A stretch of 64,000 nt of DNA from Octopus sinensis (Eukaryota): the NCBI RefSeq assembly GCF_006345805.1, contig NW_021833274.1:62001-126000 (forward strand), read 5' to 3'. Shown one piece after another: positions 62,650 to 64,000 of the stretch. Every line of letters starts with the position of its first letter. Positions within the stretch are counted from its first letter, which is position 1. Below the pieces are notes generated by a model. The model was given only the letters and a program-made list of their open reading frames with translations. It made no database searches and was not told where the DNA came from. The position numbers were made by a program, and so were the translations under genes.

Positions 62650-63458
62650 TTATTTATTTTTATGAACAAACAAGAAAAAAACACAACCAATCTAGGAAAA
62701 TATATACATAAATACTTGAAAGGAAGACCCATGGACCAATTTCACAGCCGCTTCATTTTCAACAACCTGCCTGTCCTTTGAAAATAAAATTCTGCACTTG
62801 CATTCAATCTTAAAATAGAAAAGTCCAATAAATACTGAACAATCTGCTTTTTGGGGAGAATATCTCTTAGAATATTCGCCGATATCGTCCATAGCAGAAC
62901 AAGCCTCCTCAATTTCCTTATTTTCATCCCAAACAGGGCAAACTAGCCCGTCTACGACAGTCGAGAATGCACTGTAATTCAACAGTTGATAATTCTTTCC
63001 GCCCTATTTTTATTCAAAATAGTTCAACCGTGTCAATAACGCACGCGTGATATTCAGAAATGCACTTGCATGCTGATTTAGCAAGAGAAACATCACAAAA
63101 AGTGCCTAAAAAACAGATAATGGACTACCTCGACCAATAGATGTGATATGTCCTAGTCTGTGCTTTACTCTCCGCCCTCCAGGATGTAATTCCACCAAAT
63201 ATGGTGATTTCAATTCGTCTAGAATAAAAAAAACGTTTCTACTCGGTTCTGATGAATGATTTATGCTCTGATACATGCTGGAAAAAATATGAATATGACT
63301 TTCGTCCAGTTGGTTTGCTAAAATAAATCAAAATATATACAATAATCCTCATTTCTTTTTATAACTCGTTCATTATCTTGTGGGGGGGTTTTGGATATGG
63401 TTGTCTTGTTAATATACATGACTTTAACTAACGAAAATTCAACACCTATTTTGTTCAT
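62650..63458 (-). CDS. FHA-domain protein resembling the PHF12 C-terminal FHA (about 220 aa)
   Basis: Introns 63318-63340, 63106-63128, 63004-63028 and 62692-62715, plus probable 63219-63242 and 62809-62835. Spliced product SIGRGTFCDVSL...ISEYHACVI...YQLLNYSAFSTVVDG...CKC...LVHGSSFQIGCVFF parallels recalled PHF12 HACI.YD...YELLNYSEHGTTVDN...CNC...LHHGSYIKLGC. Confidence 0.72.
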
Positions 63459-63706
63459 TTTATTAATATTATTTTGATTAAAAAAATATTAATATATATT
63501 TAAATTTTATAGGTAAATTTTTATTTTCCGGAAGCTCTGCGGACGGTAATTGTAATATAAATCCAAGACTGATCGTAATTAAGATTATTGTTCATTAGAA
63601 TCAGAATCAATTATATTTAAATTTAATTAATAATTTAAATTAATAAAAATTTTTTTGGTGAATTAATATTATACATTACCGGTCTTTTTTTGTTGGTGTT
63701 GTTTTT

Positions 63707-64000
63707 ATGGTTGGGTACGTGGAGATACGCAGCGTGGAAAATCCCAAAGTACGTAATTTACTAATAAATTTATAATTAAGAATAAAGACAGTCGTTCTTC
63801 TGTAAAATCTTTCCATAAATACAACCAAAGAATAAAAACTCATTTTATTAGATTGAAAAATTATTTTGTATCTTTTTTTTACTATTCAGAAACGCTTTAC
63901 ACTTCACAAAGTCCCACAGAACAATCCTCACGTAGAAGGCCTAAACCGCACAGACGCCTCAGCCATATCCCTCCTTTCTTATGTGCTTTAACTTTTTATT
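63707..64000 (+). CDS. 5' end of an unidentified micro-intron gene, divergent from the FHA gene
   Basis: ATG at 63707; plausible GT-AG introns 63749-63780 and 63868-63889 keep an open frame (MVGYVEIRSVENPK...); no recognised motif. Confidence 0.35.

Noticed and set aside
29226-63340. NMD-driven avoidance of stop-free 3n introns
   Set aside because: All seven FCF1 introns are non-3n and several 3n introns contain in-frame stops (184-213, 41145-41168, 43482-43505, 43925-43951, 62692-62715). But plausible stop-free 3n introns also occur (43803-43829, 62809-62835, 63219-63242), and the sample is small and biased by how I placed introns; a genome-wide count is needed.

Overview
AT-rich eukaryotic genomic DNA, standard genetic code, with very short GT-AG spliceosomal introns (about 22-32 nt). 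The FCF1 and SMG1 proteins look animal-like. With the micro-introns this suggests a genome-streamlined metazoan parasite such as a myxozoan or dicyemid; that is inference, not an identification. Host genes are islands: complete 8-exon FCF1 (29226-30004, -), about 8 kb SMG1 kinase (41067 to about 49141, -), a short PHF12-type FHA-domain gene (62650-63458, -), two paralogous intronless secreted-type orphans with a 55-aa repeat (31453-31911 and 38314-38928, -), and decayed RPS13 and REXO1 copies. Most of the rest is transposon-derived and often nested: R4/Dong-like and CRE-like RLE retrotransposons, an APE LINE, RTEX/Proto2-like ends, Buster-type hAT, Tigger/pogo, a non-autonomous Helitron carrying a 94-bp satellite, a TIR element filled with TTAGGG-like repeats, and an intron-containing DDE integrase. 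The best leads are three CRE-like insertions at one TTTACGTAAA palindrome upstream of the two secreted-protein paralogs, the micro-intron-bearing integrase, and a three-level R4/CRE/Helitron nest whose satellite appears to derive from helicase coding sequence. No CRISPR array, rRNA or intact tRNA was seen. All splicing and alignments were done by eye.
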